A DNA stretch of 64,000 nt from Pocillopora damicornis (lineage: Eukaryota): assembly GCF_003704095.1 (NCBI RefSeq), contig NW_020843512.1, forward strand, positions 1-64,000. Direction: 5' to 3'. The notes under the pieces were generated by a model that was given only the letters and a program-made list of their open reading frames with translations, did not search any database and was not told the DNA's origin. Position numbers and translations under genes: made by a program. Each line of letters begins with the position of its first letter. Within the stretch, counting starts at the first letter, position 1. Of the stretch, positions 62,668-64,000 are shown in pieces.

Positions 62668-64000
62668 ATGACGATGACACCATGTACTTTTACCCGTGTC
62701 TTTAGGAAAGGAGGAATTTCACACTTGTGGATCACACTTCGGGAAGTTGGTGAGTGTCCTTTTGCTCTTGTAAACTTTATGATGAACTTCTATAACGTTG
62801 GTTTCTCAGTATGCCACAGCTTTCAAAGTTTGAGTCAATGTGGTCGAGTAAAAGACTTTAAAGGATGTTTTCAAGTGTTCGATCGATGCTCTCCACGCCA
62901 ACAGAATAGTCATGCTGCGGTGTTGTTTACGATGCGTAAAGGAAAGAGCTTCAGCTTCGTGAGCCCCATTTGGGGAAAAGAAAAGGCCTTAAAGGCAAAC
63001 ATTGAGCCCCTTTTGGGGAAAATTGAGGCCCTTGTGGGGATTATTGAGCCTGCCCGTTTGGAGATTACACAAAATGTATATCGAAGAGCGAGAAACCTGA
63101 TTGATGTTAAAGGAAAGACTCCTTTGACTGACGAAACATCTGCGAAAGCTGTGGTATATATGAACAGAAAAAGTTATAGTAGTAGCAGTATAAATGCGAT
63201 TAAACGTAATGTAAGCGATTTCTCGAAAACAACTGATGTGGATTTGTTGTGTTCACGCGTTAAAGAAATCAAGCAGCCATTCTAGAAGATTTTCTGTATC
63301 AAGAATGAAGCTTATGACTTCAGGTGATATTGAATTAAATCCAGGCCCTCAACTACATGTAAATGTCAACGCTGAAACTACAGTATCAGTTGGTTCCACC
63401 ATATTGTTAAACTTTCGGGTACATCAGCTGGGATTGAGACCCCTAGATGTTGGGGGTGCTGGTGACTGTTTTTTTAGAGCTGTTTCTCATCAGTTACATG
63501 GTGATCCATGCCATCACTTGCATGTTAGGCAAACTGGTATTGATTATCTAAGAGCAAACCCAGAACGTTTCATTGAAAGCAATACCCAGAATTCATGGAA
63601 TGAATATTTGACCAACATGTCATTACAAGGTACATGGTGTGATGCACTTATTGTTCAAGCAGTTGCAGAGTCACATTATTTGAGAATTCACATCATAGAA
63701 TCCCATGAAAATTTTTGTCACACAACTATAGTACAGCCTGTTCAGTTATAAGAAGAGCCAGTTACATCAATATATTTAGGTCATGTAAGTGAAGTACATT
63801 GTGTCAACAGTGCCTTGTATGTTTGGCAGTAGCTCATCAGAAAGTCAGCAAAGTCATAGTGATTTAAATATGATTGAAGAAAGTGTTGTCTCTGGGAATT
63901 CACATATCAGCACTTCAAAAAGGAAGTGCAGCAGTTACATGAGGGAATATAGAAAAAGAAAGAAGGTTGATGAAAGAAGAAATTTACCATCTAAAGGAAG
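62668..64000 (+). mobile_element. Decayed transposon ORF with 2A-like peptide and OTU protease (Helitron/Helentron-like N-terminus probable)
   Basis: LMTSGDIELNPGP followed by DVGGAGDCFFRAVSHQL..WCDALIVQAVA. There is a stop at 63749-63751 and a frameshift near the His box (IYLGHVSEVH). Runs off the window. Confidence 0.7.

Overview
AT-rich eukaryotic scaffold with nine N gaps. The repeat families and gene content look like a stony coral or other cnidarian (inference). Two gene clusters are interleaved. (1) Five intact genes plus one pseudogene with a single coding exon form a family I do not recognise (1.7-2.7, 12.5-13.7, 15.2-15.9 pseudo, 16.7-17.9, 22.5-23.4, 54.7-55.7 kb). All share a helix-(Pro)-helix module that aligns without gaps to the NCBD/IBiD domain of CBP/p300. 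Four also carry one or two TAZ-type HCCC zinc sites near the N-terminus, and none has a HAT, bromo or KIX domain, so they resemble 'mini-CBP' proteins. (2) Nested inside that cluster are three complete two-exon IL-17-like genes and the 3' end of a fourth, cut by a gap. These lack the terminal CxC of the IL-17 cystine knot and carry kB/IRF-like motifs in promoters and one intron. The rest is MITEs, LINE and SINE fragments, a minimal hammerhead ribozyme, a 75-bp minisatellite with kB-like motifs, a decayed 2A+OTU element, and many inverted duplications. Several of those duplications abut gaps and may be partly assembly artefacts. All alignments were done by eye against reference sequences recalled from memory; no searches were run.
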